Counted from the first letter of the stretch, positions 12,706 through 25,365 are shown. The stretch is 59,244 nucleotides of DNA from Chara braunii (GCA_003427395.1 BFEA01000040.1:3367121-3426364); one strand, 5' to 3'. Translations and numbers: made by a program. The notes: generated from the letters alone by a model not told the origin.

Positions 12706-13781
12706 CCGATAAGCAATCCAACACAGCGGGGAAGGCATGGAATTGGCGGGAACGTTTTTATTTCTTTTCGTTTTCTAATAATAGTTTGGACCATGTCTCG
12801 ATTTGGAGTCTGCTGATGTTCCTAGAGGGGAGTGGGAGCGGGGGAGGCAGCGGGAGTGGGGGAGGCAGTGNNNNNNNNNNNNNNNNNNNNNNNNNNNNNN
12901 NNNNNNNNNNNNNNNNNNNNNNNNNNNNNNNNNNNNNNNNNNNNNNNNNNNNNNNNNNNNNNNNNNNNNNNNNNNNNNNNNNNNNNNNNNNNNNNNNNNN
13001 NNNNNNNNNNNNNNNNNNNNNNNNNNNNNNNNNNNNNNNNNNNNNNNNNNNNNNNNNNNNNNNNNNNNNNNNNNNNNNNNNNNNNNNNNNNNNNNNNNNN
13101 NNNNNNNNNNNNNNNNNNNNNNNNNNNNNNNNNNNNNNNNNNNNNNNNNNNNNNNNNNNNNNNNNNNNNNNNNNNNNNNNNNNNNNNNNNNNNNNNNNNN
13201 NNNNNNNNNNNNNNNNNNNNNNNNNNNNNNNNNNNNNNNNNNNNNNNNNNNNNNNNNNNNNNNNNNNNNNNNNNNNNNNNNNNNNNNNNNNNNNNNNNNN
13301 NNNNNNNNNNNNNNNNNNNNNNNNNNNNNNNNNNNNNNNNNNNNNNNNNNNNNNNNNNNNNNNNNNNNNNNNNNNNNNNNNNNNNNNNNNNNNNNNNNNN
13401 NNNNNNNNNNNNNNNNNNNNNNNNNNNNNNNNNNNNNNNNNNNNNNNNNNNNNNNNNNNNNNNNNNNNNNNNNNNNNNNNNNNNNNNNNNNNNNNNNNNN
13501 NNNNNNNNNNNNNNNNNNNNNNNNNNNNNNNNNNNNNNNNNNNNNNNNNNNNNNNNNNNNNNNNNNNNNNNNNNNNNNNNNNNNNNNNNNNNNNNNNNNN
13601 NNNNNNNNNNNNNNNNNNNNNNNNNNNNNNNNNNNNNNNNNNNNNNNNNNNNNNNNNNNNNNNNNNNNNNNNNNNNNNNNNNNNNNNNNNNNNNNNNNNN
13701 NNNNNNNNNNNNNNNNNNNNNNNNNNNNNNNNNNNNNNNNNNNNNNNNNNNNNNNNNNNNNNNNNNNNNNNNNNNNNNNNN

Positions 13782-13954
13782 CCCCCAACAAAAAAAAAAA
13801 ACTGTTTTCTGTTCAAGGGGGTGGGGTCGGGACCGTCGGGGTTCCGGAACCCCGAACCGCAACCCCCTTCCCCAACCCCCTCTCCCCTCGGCCGCGGCGG
13901 GCCGCCAAAGTCCGCGGTCGTGACCGCGGTCCCGTGGCGGCGGGGGATTCGTAG
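13782..13954. mobile_element. Terminus of a non-autonomous hAT element
   Basis: Ends GGGGGATTCGTAG, identical to the right end of 40798-41293. Confidence 0.65.
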
Positions 13955-14180
13955 GCCTTTGCCCACCTTGCCATGAGAGCAAACAAACAAAAAGAATGAG
14001 AGTTTGAATTCCCAACTTCCTAACATAGCCATCGAACGGTGTGTGTGGCACTTGTCAAGGATGGTAAAATTACATACAGGTAATCTGGCACCTGTATATC
14101 AATCCCCTATAATTGCTGCGCAGAAGCATTCACGCTTGATTCTCTCAGCTCCATGCCAAGGATCTTCTTGTCGTTCCTTC

Positions 14181-14531
14181 TTGATCTACTCTCTTTCCGC
14201 CATGACTTCACCCTACAGTAACTAGCCACCGTCAACTTGATCTACTTTCTTTCCGCCATGAGTTCACGGTACAGTAACTAGCCACCTTCAACTTAATCTA
14301 CTGTCTTTTCTTTCCGCCATGAGTTCACCGTACAGTAACTAGCCACCTTCAACTTGATCTACTATCTTTCCGCCATGAGTTTTACCGTACAGTAACTACG
14401 GTAGCCACCTTCAACTTGATCTACTGTCTTTCCGCCATGAGTTTTACCGTACAGTAACTACGGTAGCCACCTTCAACTTGATCTACTGTCTTTCCCCCAA
14501 GAGTTCACCGTACAGTAACTAGCCACCTTCA
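14181..14531. repeat. Minisatellite, 6 copies of a 56-62 bp unit
   Basis: Unit TTGATCTACT...CCGCCATGAGTTCACCGTACAGTAACTAGCCACCTTCAAC. Confidence 0.92.
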
Positions 14532-14647
14532 GTAATTGTCTCGTCAAAGAAGACAGCCGCCGATGCCGAGCATGTAAAGGTGGCAGTCTCATCGCCGAAG
14601 ACCGCCGGCCATGCCGAGGATGTGTTTCATGGCAAACCATACATATT

Positions 14648-14965
14648 GCGAAAAAGTCATAAGACCTCCCCGCGACGAAACCTTTGTATCAATTTCCCCC
14701 CGAACGGAGAAAAAGGTGCCGCAGGCCCCAAAATCACTTTCGGCGTCATTTTTGCACCCTGCAAAACACTTTCCTGCCATTTTTACACAGCGGCCGTTAC
14801 TGACCTCTCCGTTGAGATTCGAAAGATGGCGACCGGATGACACACAGCGTGGGGTCGCTGCGCCAGGATGATCACGCCTATCCAACTTTTTGTGTCGGTA
14901 TTTACAGTTTTTAATCTTACGGCCTTTCGGTCGCGTTTTGGGAATATCGCGCCTTTTTTTCGTTT

Positions 14966-15008
<43 letters not shown>

Positions 15009-15212
15009 CTCTTTCTTTCTTTCTCTCCCTCTGTGTGAGGAACATTGCCTGTTGTGATTCCTATCTCTGCTTTGGATGACTTTTTCTTCCCAGACAGGGT
15101 GCAAAAATGACACCAAATGTGATTTTGGGACCTGCAGCACCTTTTTCTCCGTTTGGGGGAAATGCAAATGGATACGAGGGTTTCGTCGCTTGGAGGTGTT
15201 ATGACTTTTCCC
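14648..15212. mobile_element. Mutator-like MITE
   Basis: Long imperfect TIRs; 9-bp TSD ATACATATT/ATACATTTT. Confidence 0.8.
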
Positions 15213-15219
15213 ATACATT

Positions 15220-15488
15220 TTACATACCCCCGACCCCCCACGACTCATCCCGCGCATAGATAGACAGCATCTTTCCACCGCTCCGACATTGGACCACCAT
15301 GGGTTCCGGATCACAGGTTTCAGTAAGTGAACAACTTTCTCCACACGTTTCCATACACTCCACACGTATCCGTACACTCCTTCCGTCTGCGTGGGATATT
15401 TGGCACGGTAGTGCGATTGGGCTTACCGCAGCCCCGGCACTTCCAGTCAAAAGCATCCATTGTGGGGAACTCCATCCAGACTGATCCA

Positions 15489-15490
<2 letters not shown>
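15220..15490 (-). pseudogene. Zinc-ribbon family remnant (member F)
   Basis: FDWKCRGCGKPN and VECMETCGE in adjacent frames resemble FDPFRCQECGHRN...CKNCGE at 10249. Confidence 0.35.
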
Positions 15491-15545
<55 letters not shown>

Positions 15546-15573
15546 NNNNNNNNNNNNNNNNNNNNNNNNNNNN

Positions 15574-15645
<72 letters not shown>

Positions 15646-16849
15646 GCTTCTGCTCGTTCCGAAAGTGGGATAGGGGGAAGGGCAAGCGTGGAAGGTGCTG
15701 GAGGGTAGGTGAAAGGGTAGGTCACCGTAGGTGAGGAAGGTCTTGTGAACCTGCATGAGTAAGATGTGGCTCAGTGGTTTGGCAACCCATCGTTATCATT
15801 CAACCAATTCAGAGCGGCAAACCGGAAAATGATGGCACAAATACAGTTCCAGGTTCATAATCCAGTAGGAAGAAGCAGAGCGGAGCGACCAAATGGCTGG
15901 CATTAGCTGCTGCCACATGTTAGCTTAGGACGGCGAGAACCCAGATGAAGTGACAATGGGCAAGTACTGGTTCGTAAATGAGAGAGCTGACCGAGCTGCG
16001 CTAGTGCTGGCGCCCTGCTGCCGGCCGACCGGCTGGGTCCGGTCGGCCCGGTGCGACTAGCACCCGGGAGGTTGGGCTCCCGTGTTTCTGGGCCTGTGCG
16101 CGTGCCTCATATTAGGGCAAGTCTGGGTGACCAGGCTTATTGATAGCCAGGTGGCACTCATTGATTGGCACTGTGTGTGCGGCTCGACATGTGGGGAGGG
16201 GAAGCGGCAGCGGAGTCGAGGATTGCTATTATAAAGAAGCGGCGCAGCTCTCACGTGAGTCACGGAGACTGTCAGGGACCTACAACAAGGGGTCGATGAC
16301 TGGCTGACTTCTATGGAGAGGGGATGTCAGCAGCTGCAGGCGGTGGGGGGGGTTTTGTCATGTCAGATGCAGAAGGGATCGAAGGTTGATGGGGCGCCGA
16401 TGACACTGGTTGAGTGGTTGGAACTTGGAAGCCCGCATCCAAGATCTGCTGGATATTTTGTGAGAGCTGGAGGAGGGCCCGGATCCCCGGTTCGAAGCAT
16501 ATATGGATTGGAGACTGGTGGACGCAAAGATGGGAGTCTTCCAGGCTTTATTTCGGGAGGGGCTTGACCTGCGTTATCATATGGAGGATTGGTTGGTGAA
16601 GGATGACACAGTGGTGGATGGGGGGCTACTCTTGGTCATCCTGCTGACGGGCTGGGAGATGCTAGCTAGTTTTGGGTTATCAGCCAGTGATGAAGTCAAC
16701 AGCCATAACTTCAGCGACCAACACATCACTGCGCACTTCGGCGGAGGGGACTACAGCGGTGGTGGTGACAAGTGCAAAACCTATTGCGGCGGCAGATGTG
16801 CAAAACCTATTGCGGCGACATCATCTGCGACTACACCGTTGTGGGCAGT

Positions 16850-17280
16850 AGGGGTGATAACAGCGACAGCAGCGGTGACAACCATCGTAATAACAACAAC
16901 GTCAACAGCAATTGCAACAACAGCAATAGGATCAACCACAAACATGGCAGCGGCACCATCACCAACAACAGCGGCAACACCAACGGCAGTGACGGAGTTG
17001 GCAGCGGTGAAGATGACAACATCAGCAGCAGCGACAACAAAAACAACAACAGCAATAACAAAGATGAGGACAACAATAGATAAGAACATCACCACCAACC
17101 GTGACAAGGGGGTGGGCAGTGAAGATTATGATAACGGTGGCGAGGGCAGCAACAACAACAACAACGACAACAACAACAACAACAGCAACAGCAACAACAA
17201 CAAACAACAAACAACAAACAACAAGGGGCAACAACAATATCAATAACAAAAACAACAACAACGACAACACCAAAGATGAC
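16850..17280. repeat. (CAA/CAG)n-rich trinucleotide low-complexity region
   Basis: Direct reading. Confidence 0.85.
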
Positions 17281-17672
17281 ATCAACCTGGTGGAAGTGGG
17301 ATAGATGATGTCCCCTTTATCGATAGGAGTTGACCGGCCCTCAACTTCCAATCAACCCCAAGGGGAGGAAGGTTGCTTAGGGTTGCATGTCTTGGTTTGA
17401 TTTGCTGGTTGGAGTAATCTATGAAAATGCTTTTCCTTAGGAATACGCTACATGGGCAGGAGGTCAATCCTTCTCTTGTGCAGGGAAGTAATCAATGCCT
17501 CTGCTCTTTCCGGAGAATCTGATATGGTTGATATGGTGGATAGGGTTTTCTCTTCATGCGACACATATCTATGTACACAGAGTATATTGGATGCACACTA
17601 TGATATCTCCACACAATACTGTATAGGTACCCTGGACCCCATTTCCAGCTCATATACATCACATCATTGTCA

Positions 17673-17829
17673 AGGGACGTTGAACCGATTTCCAGCAGGT
17701 GCTGCTCCCCACCAATACATGGAGCCTTCAACGTATGACCGTACTTAACGGGGCTGCTCTTATCACCTCCTTAAATAGGTTTTCCCACGTACGAAGTTCA
17801 AATTGAAAAAAAAAAAAAAAAAAAAAAAA
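17673..17829 (+). mobile_element. Non-LTR retroelement 3' end with poly(A)
   Basis: GGGACGYTG...CCAATASATGGAGCC block shared with 30202-30332 (+) and 40151-40302 (-), each ending in poly(A). Confidence 0.6.
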
Positions 17830-18033
17830 GCACGGCGTGAACCCATGGGTCCTTTGTACCCAACCTGAAAACCTTGGGTATGATAAACCAAATATTAGGG
17901 TTTTTGGTGGGCCGTCTCTACCTGTTATCCCTACTCTATTTTTCAACCCAAGAAGACCGAAGAAATGCAAAACACGAGGGACTGATCCGAGTCTGAAAAG
18001 GGCATCTGTCAAAAATGGCACCTTACAAAGAAA

Positions 18034-18155
18034 GGGCGTCGCTGCACTACTCTCGACATGCACAAAAGACAAAAATCATGGAAGTGCATCTATCCATATT
18101 CTAGCGGAAGATTCGCTCTCGTTTTGCACTTTTCGAAAGTACTGCAGCGAGGCCC
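18034..18155. mobile_element. ~120-bp Harbinger-type MITE (family H3); relatives at 19802-19923, ~20042-20144, ~20445-20547, ~42183-42306
   Basis: TIR GGGCGTCGCTGCA / TGCAGCGAGGCCC; TSD AAA/AAA. Confidence 0.7.
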
Positions 18156-18581
18156 AAAGACACCACAGGCCAGGGGACCGACAGAGCTCACACACGATTG
18201 TAGTTCGTTCATTGGTTCAGTTGTTTGGCCGTGACTACGGTAGTAACCGGACTGTCGCCTCCCATAAGAGATTTATTATTATTTTTATTATTTTTTGGGA
18301 CACCCATAAGAGAAGGGTAACCTGTGTGTGGGTTTTTGACAAAAGGAGGAAAAAAAACTAGATGAAGAAAAAAAAAAAAGATAGCATGCCCCTTGTGTGG
18401 GTTTCCGGGACAAAAAACAAAGTTTAACAAACAAACAAGATAGCATCCCCCCTGCACAATCAAGGATGAAAGGCCGAAATAGAGAAATGGTCCCAAAAAA
18501 GGAAACAATCACGACATTCCTCACCCTTGCTTGATCTTCAACAAAAGGTTGGACGCCGAGATTAGCGTCCTAAAAAAAAAN

Positions 18582-18618
<37 letters not shown>

Positions 18619-18819
18619 AGAGATTGGCGCCCTCTATTGAAGAAAACAATTACTCAAAAGAGGATTTACATCACACTATCACACGACTCCACGTGGCATC
18701 CACTGAGCATTCAAAAAATAAAATAAAAAAATAAAAATAAAAATACTGAGCATTCAAGTCAGGAGTTCGAACCCACGGCCAAAGCCACGTCAACTCAACC
18801 AGACCCAGTTGGAAACACA

Positions 18820-18992
18820 GGGACAGATCCCACTGGCAAAGAGGATTGGAATTTGGAATAAGTGTCTGAATGAGGACATGTTCCACGCAGAGATACATAA
18901 AAGCAGATCAATTACGGCTTTTTGCACCTCTCCACAAACACGTCCAGATTCAGACACTTGTTCCAGTCGTTTTCGCCAGTGGGATCTGGCCC
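18820..18992. mobile_element. ~170-bp foldback Harbinger-type MITE (family H2)
   Basis: TIR GGGACAGATCCCACTGGC / GCCAGTGGGATCTGGCCC; internal inverted symmetry. Confidence 0.75.
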
Positions 18993-19006
18993 TCAGGCTC
19001 AACCCG

Positions 19007-19103
19007 GGGCAAGGTCCCACGTGCGCCGATTAGGAGATTTCGGCCGTTGATCTTTGCTATCTACGGTCAGTATCTCTTAATTCGTGCAAGTGGGACCTAG
19101 CCC
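19007..19103. mobile_element. H1 Harbinger-type MITE
   Basis: 97 bp, TIRs, TSD CCG/CCG. Confidence 0.88.
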
Positions 19104-20599
19104 CCGGAATGGGGCGGAATCAAGGCGGAGCACTCGCCTGCAACCCAAGCGAGACTCACAGCGTACTCACTCCAGCACTGTAGTGGTTGAATCTGGCCTC
19201 AAATACGACCCTGCAAGCATGTACCTGACCGCAAGTAAGGTCTAAGGGGGCTGAGCACAACAAGCCCTACTCTGAGTGGGTACCCTCAACCTCCCAACAG
19301 CCTCAGGCTGGTGCAAGTCTTTCCTGACTATCATCTTTCTAATATCAATTTCAGTGGAAGTCCACTCCAGAAGCTACTCTTTATAGGGCGTCGCTAGCCG
19401 GAGCTGGGTAATGTCCCCAAGTATCTCCGGGTTGAATGATGAGGTCCCCGGTCTTATCCTTTTTTTTTTTTTTTTCATAACAAAAAAAACTGCCCTTTAT
19501 ATTGCAAATCAAGAGAAGGAGCCCGGGAATCCCTCCACAAACAACCCGGAGGAAAGGAAACTCTGGGACCATTACCCAGTATAGGTGCAGGAGTTGGAAT
19601 AAAATGTCCAGCAACAGAAGTGACCAATTCCAGACCGCTGTCCTGACTAGATCCAACCCTGGAAAAAAAAAAAAACTGAAAAAAAAATAAAAAATCGTCA
19701 CAGACCTGCAGAGCCTGACAAACCCATACTTTTTGGTAATAAATTTGTAGACTTAAAAAAAAAATACGTATTTATAATTAAATAATATATATATACATAT
19801 AGGGCATCGCTCCATCGCTCTCCAAATGTGCAAAAATGACCATGAATCTTCTCCAAGAACATGGAAAGATGCGGCGCCATAACTTTTGTCGTTTGTGCCT
19901 GTATGAGTGACGGAGCGAGGCCCTTATTTTTACAAGTCATGGACTAGCCATCGCTTCCTCCGATCACCCACCCTAAACCAAAGCGTTATCGGCTGCTTTC
20001 CTCCTCCTCTCGTAACTCAACCCAAGTTAAGATCAGTGATCACCAAATGTGCAAAATTGAGCATGAATCTTCTCCAAGAACATGGAAAGATGCGCCTCCA
20101 TAACTTTTGTCGTTTGTGCCTGTGCGAGTGACGGAGCGAGGCCCTTATTATTACATCTCTAAATTACTGCAATCCTTCTCATGATCACAGTTCCTACTCA
20201 GAAAACTCGGCAGATCCTTCTCAGAAAGTTCCTCAGATCCTACTCAGGAAAAAAACTACTGGAATCCAATCGATCCGGCCTGGCGGCGGGCGGCGTATTT
20301 ACAGTGTCACACAGCTCAATCGAATCCCAGCTCATCATCTTCTACAGGTAGAGTCGCCTCGAATCCGATCTCAAAATTACAAACCAATCCAAACTCAAGA
20401 ACTCGAATCGAATAGCGATTCGATTCGGACCTGGCCCCCGGTCTCGAAATGGGCAAAATGAATATCAACTTGTCACTAGAACATGGCCAGATGCACCCGC
20501 CACATTTTTGTCTTTTTCACATTTCGAGAGTGCTGTGGCGAGGCCCCAAGTTACCCAGTTACTTGGGTCCCCCTGTTGTGCACGTACTTGCGACGACCG

Positions 20600-20764
20600 G
20601 GGCCAGGTCCCACTAGCAGCGTTGAGTTTCCCTCAACGCCTGAATCTGGACTCGTTCGTGGAGATGTGCGGTTGAGAAAACTCAATGCGATTTCTGCACA
20701 TATCCACAGACACCTCCAGATTCAGGCGTTGACGAAACTCAACGCCGCTAGTGGGACCTGGCGC
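20600..20764. mobile_element. H2 foldback MITE; another decayed copy at ~21297-21455
   Basis: GGGCCAGGTCCCACTAGC ... GCTAGTGGGACCTGGC with near-palindromic body. Confidence 0.75.
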
Positions 20765-21730
20765 CGGTGCGGTGGGCCTGTCCCGATAGGTTTCCTTTCC
20801 TCCGCCAGACGACAATGGCTGCGGAAGGAGCATCATCGAGATCGGAATCCCGACGGGAGTCAAGTGGATATAAGAACAACGATAGGGACCCCTCCTTTCG
20901 AAATGTTAATTTTATTGGCGACTCCTCCCTGCAAAACGAATGAAGAAAAACGGTCCTCAGTCTGCGTGGGAACTATACACAAAAGTGAAGAACTATACAG
21001 TAGTATACAGGAACGGAAGGAACCCTGAGAGGGAGCGATAGCTGCAAGACACAGATAGAGGCGTATATAGCCATCAATATATATATATATATATATATAT
21101 ATCGTCACAAACAGAACTGCCCGGTAAACCGTAGGCAGAGAGAGAGAAGAAGACAACAAACGAGGGGCTGTGACAAACTGTTTCGTCGTATATATATATA
21201 TTTATAAATATATATATGTATATATAACTTGGGCATGCCTTTCGGGTAACAAGAGCAAGTGCCGTGTCTATTCCGATGAGTTTGACATCTGGAGCATGGT
21301 CCCACTAGCAACCGGGATTGGATTGAGATCCTGAATCTGGGCGTGTTTTAGGCAAAGATGCAGAAAAGGAGTTCAATCTCGATTTTCTGCACTTGTCCAC
21401 AAACGCGGAAAGATTCAGGCGTTCAATCCAATGCTCTTTGCTAGTTGGACCTCACCACCCATCCGTGTCCGTGGAGAAAGGAAAAAAAGACAAAAAAAAA
21501 AAACGAAGGTACTGGCGAGAAAACCTGACCTTACGGATTAATTAGTTCTTTTTTTTCTGTACATAGATTCAGTTCTTCTGTGTTTCCGCCCCCCCCCCCT
21601 TTTTTTTTTTTTTTACCAAGTTCTTTTTTTTCTNNNNNNNNNNNNNNNNNNNNNNNNNNNNNNNNNNNNNNNNNNNNNNNNNNNNNNNNNNNNNNNNNNN
21701 NNNNNNNNNNNNNNNNNNTTCCAGCGTGCT

Positions 21731-21761
21731 CTGTCGCTCTTCACATCTAGATGTGTATAAG
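21731..21761. other. Degenerate Nextera mate-pair junction adapter (assembly artefact)
   Basis: CACATCTAGATGTGTATAAG next to a gap. Confidence 0.8.
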
Positions 21762-22261
21762 CCAACACACACACACACACCCAAGGGCCCCCAATTCGGA
21801 CATCATTAGAACACATATATAAATGATGAATGCCAATACTCGTCTCTCGCAAAACTGCGCTAGTAGTCGCAAACGCAAATCTCCTGCCTTGGCCATTACT
21901 TTTCTTTCTCCTTTGTCTTGCCACCCCCGTCGCTGCTGAACGGCTTCCGTTTTGCAATCAGGGTCAAGGACAAGGGGGGGGAACAGAGTTCGTGCCCACA
22001 AGTTGGAAAAAAAAAAGAAAAAAAAGGAAAAAAAAGTTTGGGCATCGAATCGTCGACCGCCTGCACACGCGCCTTGCTTTAACAGAGAAACTGAAAAAGG
22101 CAAGAGAGTAAGGGTCTCGCCGCACGGCACACGTAACGAGTGCATCTGCCCACGAAAGCTGGCAAAATACACTCGTTACTATTTATAGCAAACCGATGAA
22201 CCTGGCCGTTTTCTGCAGGAAGATGCACTCGTTTCGTTTCGTGTCCCGTGCGGCGACGCCC

Positions 22262-22467
22262 TAAGGCTAGCCGACATCCGAAAATAGCCATCGAACCGCT
22301 TGCTTGGCATCTATCATAGCCGATAGCCATAGCCGATAGCCATAGCCTATAGCCGATAGCCATAGCCATAGCCATAGCCATCGCCATAGCCATAGCCGAT
22401 AGCCGATAGCCGATAGCCGATAGCCATAACCATAGCCAACAGCCATTTTCGAACGGTGTGGCACTTA
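22262..22467. repeat. Small repeat element with (TAGCCA/TAGCCGA)n core ending CGAACGGTGTGGCACTT; fragments at ~12280-12330, ~14025-14054, ~23087-23160, ~31081-31106
   Basis: Shared terminal motif and 6-7 bp repeats. Confidence 0.65.
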
Positions 22468-22649
22468 TCCAACATTTTTTTTTATTATTATTATTATTTC
22501 AATTTTAATATCATGTGGCCCGATGGACCACGGATCAGATATGACACCGATCATCCAACATAGACATAGCGGGATAATTCATAAGACCAGCCCGCATCTA
22601 TCTCATATCGAGAACGATGAAATAAATGAGAGAAGAAAATAGCTTAAAC

Positions 22650-23077
22650 TGCCCGCGACGAAACCTTCGTCGCATCCTTTTGCTCCCACAATGGAAAAAA
22701 AGGGCCGCGCAGGTCCCCAAATCACTTTCGCTGTCATTTTTGCACCCTGTCTGGGCAAAAATGGCGGGAAAGTGGTTTGGCGTGGGTGAGAAAAATGGCG
22801 GGAAAGTGGTTTTCAGTGGTACAAAAATGTTGCCGTTAGTTATTTTGGGGCCTGCGGCACCTTTTTGCCCCCGGGCTAGGTCCCACTGACACGAATCAAG
22901 CGATTTTGACCGTAGATAGCATCCGTGCAAGTGGGACCTTGCCCCCCGTTGGCGGGGGATGAAATTGAAAAAAAGAAAAAAAAGAAAAAAAAAAGAAATG
23001 GATACGAACGGTTCTTTTTTTTGTTTTTTTTTTCACAAAAGTTTCGTCGCAGGGAGGTCGTTCTGCGACTTTTTCCC
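22650..23077. mobile_element. Mutator-like MITE copy with nested H1 MITE (22873-22944, TSD CCC/CCC)
   Basis: CGCGACGAAACC ... GTTTCGTCGCAGGGAGG inverted ends of the 14648 family. Confidence 0.7.
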
Positions 23078-23217
23078 AGACAGAGATAGCTATGGCGATA
23101 GCCGTTGCCGCATATAGTCCATCGAACGGTGTGGCACTTGTTCGACATAGCCATAGCCATACTTGTTCCTCTAATAGAGCTCATTTCTCAGCAGAGGAGA
23201 GGTTGAGGGACCCGGTC

Positions 23218-24003
23218 CTACTTGCTTGAAAGCAGGTCCCAGCAGCAGGCCAGGCTGCGCATCATCTTACGGCTGTTTCTTCTTGACCTTGCAGCTTCCC
23301 CCCAGGATTTCATTTTGCGACCCACCATCTTCAGTAGTCCTACTACTGCGGAGGACGCACGCCCAATTCGAAGGGGTTGGTCAGCTGGTGATGCCACCGG
23401 CGGCAAGGGTTGTACAGGAGGTAAGGCAGGACTAATTACAGCAGGAGATGGCGACGAAGTCAATGATCGTGATGGCGATAGGGGAGGAGCCGACGACGGC
23501 TTCATCTTCGAGAAAAATAGCTTTCTCCCGCGAGCCATGGAGGGAGGAGCGTGACAGTTGGTCACGTGACAGCGAGCCATGGAGGGAGGAGCGTGACAGT
23601 TGGTCACGTGACAGCGAGCCATGGAGGGAGGAGCGTGACAGTTGGTCACGTGACAACGAATGCACACCCACGAGCGATGGAGCGAGGAGCGTGAGCGTGA
23701 CTGAACCTTTCCACAACACCGACATTCCGAATTGCGGTTGACGTCACACCCTTCGAAACAGGCGTGAGGTCGCATAGAACAAAAAAAAAAAAAAGCGTGT
23801 ACGCGTGCGTGAGATGAGAAACGAGAGGATAAATTGCTGTAAAGCGATGACACGTCTGAGAGCAAAAACCCACAAGGAGGAATCGACAGACCTAACAGTT
23901 CCAACACTCCGCCGCCAGCAAAGCGTTTGGAAAAACACGCCTGCGGCGACGGCAGCGTGGGCAAGCGGTAGAAGACGGGAGAGCACGACGGCAGCGTGGG
24001 CAA
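23218..24003 (-). pseudogene. Zinc-ribbon family member E
   Basis: CRCC-x16-CIRC (ending WVCIRCH, compare WVCYRCH in member B) followed by three 42-bp repeats at ~23530-23655 (CHVTNCHAPPSMAR). Confidence 0.45.
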
Positions 24004-24799
24004 GCTGTGGTAGAAGACGGGAGGTTAGGAAAGTAGGGAGAGCGCGACGGCAGCGTGGGCAAGCGGTAGAAGACGGTGAGGAGGAGAGACTTGAAAGCGG
24101 AGGCTTTTGACAGGACAGCCTTCTTCGAAACTGCCGCGAGATCTCATGGAAACTTCGTGGAAACTTCATGGAAACTTCAACGCGTGCGTGAAATGAGAAG
24201 GCGGATTAATTGTTGTTGCAGAGGACTGAAAGCTGAAATCTCAAAGCTCAAGGCTCCAACACGCAGGCGCAATCGGCAGAGCTCAAAGGGCCAACACCCC
24301 TCCGCCGCCACCGCTCGGCAGCAAGCTGAGGACGGGGGGCAGGAAGCAAGCACAGGAGAGCTTTCGACGGCAGCGTGGGCAATCTGTAGCACACGGAGAC
24401 GAGGGGCTACTTGAAAGCGGCGGCGACTTCTGCTTCTGACAGCACAGGTTTCGTGAACTGAACGCGCGCGAGTGAAAGAACATCGACGAACGATCAAGTG
24501 TTGCAGAGCAACTCGAAAAGCTGAAAGCACACCCACGAGGAGCAATCGACAGAGCTCAGAGAATTCCCACAATGCGCCGCCGCCCGGTCGACAGAGAGGC
24601 GTGGGGAGCAGTGTCTCCTCCTCCTCCTCACTCCAGGCGCTTCATCTACCTCGCCGGCGATCATTCCACAGCAACGACTTCGATATCCGGAAAATCCCAC
24701 GCCTTCACTCCTCCCATCATCCTGTGTGCCTCCGCGTTTCCTTCCCGCTTCCTCGCATATCTCACCCAAGGATCTCAGTCCTTCAACCCCAACTCCATC

Positions 24800-25365
24800 C
24801 GAAGCCTCGGTAAGTACTCGACGGACTCGAATAGTGAACCCCAACCACTTCTCACGTCCCTCGGATCGGCCATCATCGCTTGCCGTTGGCTGTCGTTGAA
24901 GTCCGCTCGCACAGAAATGACAGCGCCTGTGATCGTAGCACCGCGCGAGAAAGTCGCCTCGTTCTTCATCTCCTTCAGCAGCATGGCAGAAATAGTCCTC
25001 CGGTTCCCACACCTCCTTACCAGGCACTCCTGGTCCTGGGGCTCGAATTACAGTCCTGCCCGTTAGCGCCGCCGCCATCATCCAAGGCCGAAAGTGCTTC
25101 ACTTGCGTCAGCGTCGAATCGAGGAAGGGTCGTTCAATCAGACGCTTCACCTCAAATATGCTTCGCGCAGGGTCAGTCGCCCCAAACTTGCTCATCGCTT
25201 CAGCAACAAGACATTTTCTCCCGTCGAAAGCGACAACGGATGGCGTGTCACGTAAGCCTATCACGTCGGAAACGATTTCCACTTCTTCGTTGATAAAGAG
25301 TGGCATCTCGTAGATTACAAATCTCTGACTGAGGGTGCGTCTGAGATCTATCCCCATGATGGACA
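24800..25365 (-). pseudogene. HSP70: Hsp70-family nucleotide-binding domain N-terminal fragment, frameshifted and divergent
   Basis: IMGIDL; VEIVSDVIGLRDTPSVVAF; DPARSIFEVKRLIERPF; AVISVRADFNDSQRQA parallel the Hsp70 GIDLG, TPSYVAF, FDAKRLIG and AVVTVPAYFNDSQRQA motifs. Confidence 0.88.

Noticed and set aside
5325-14051. Long ORFs of 340-500 aa spanning N gaps
   Set aside because: Their length comes from Ns; not real coding evidence.
14181-14531. Possible CRISPR-like array
   Set aside because: Units are contiguous with no unique spacers; eukaryotic context and no cas genes.
18758-18810. tRNA or tRNA-SINE (B-box GGGTTCGAACTCC on the minus strand)
   Set aside because: No A-box or cloverleaf could be established; the upstream region is occupied by a MITE.
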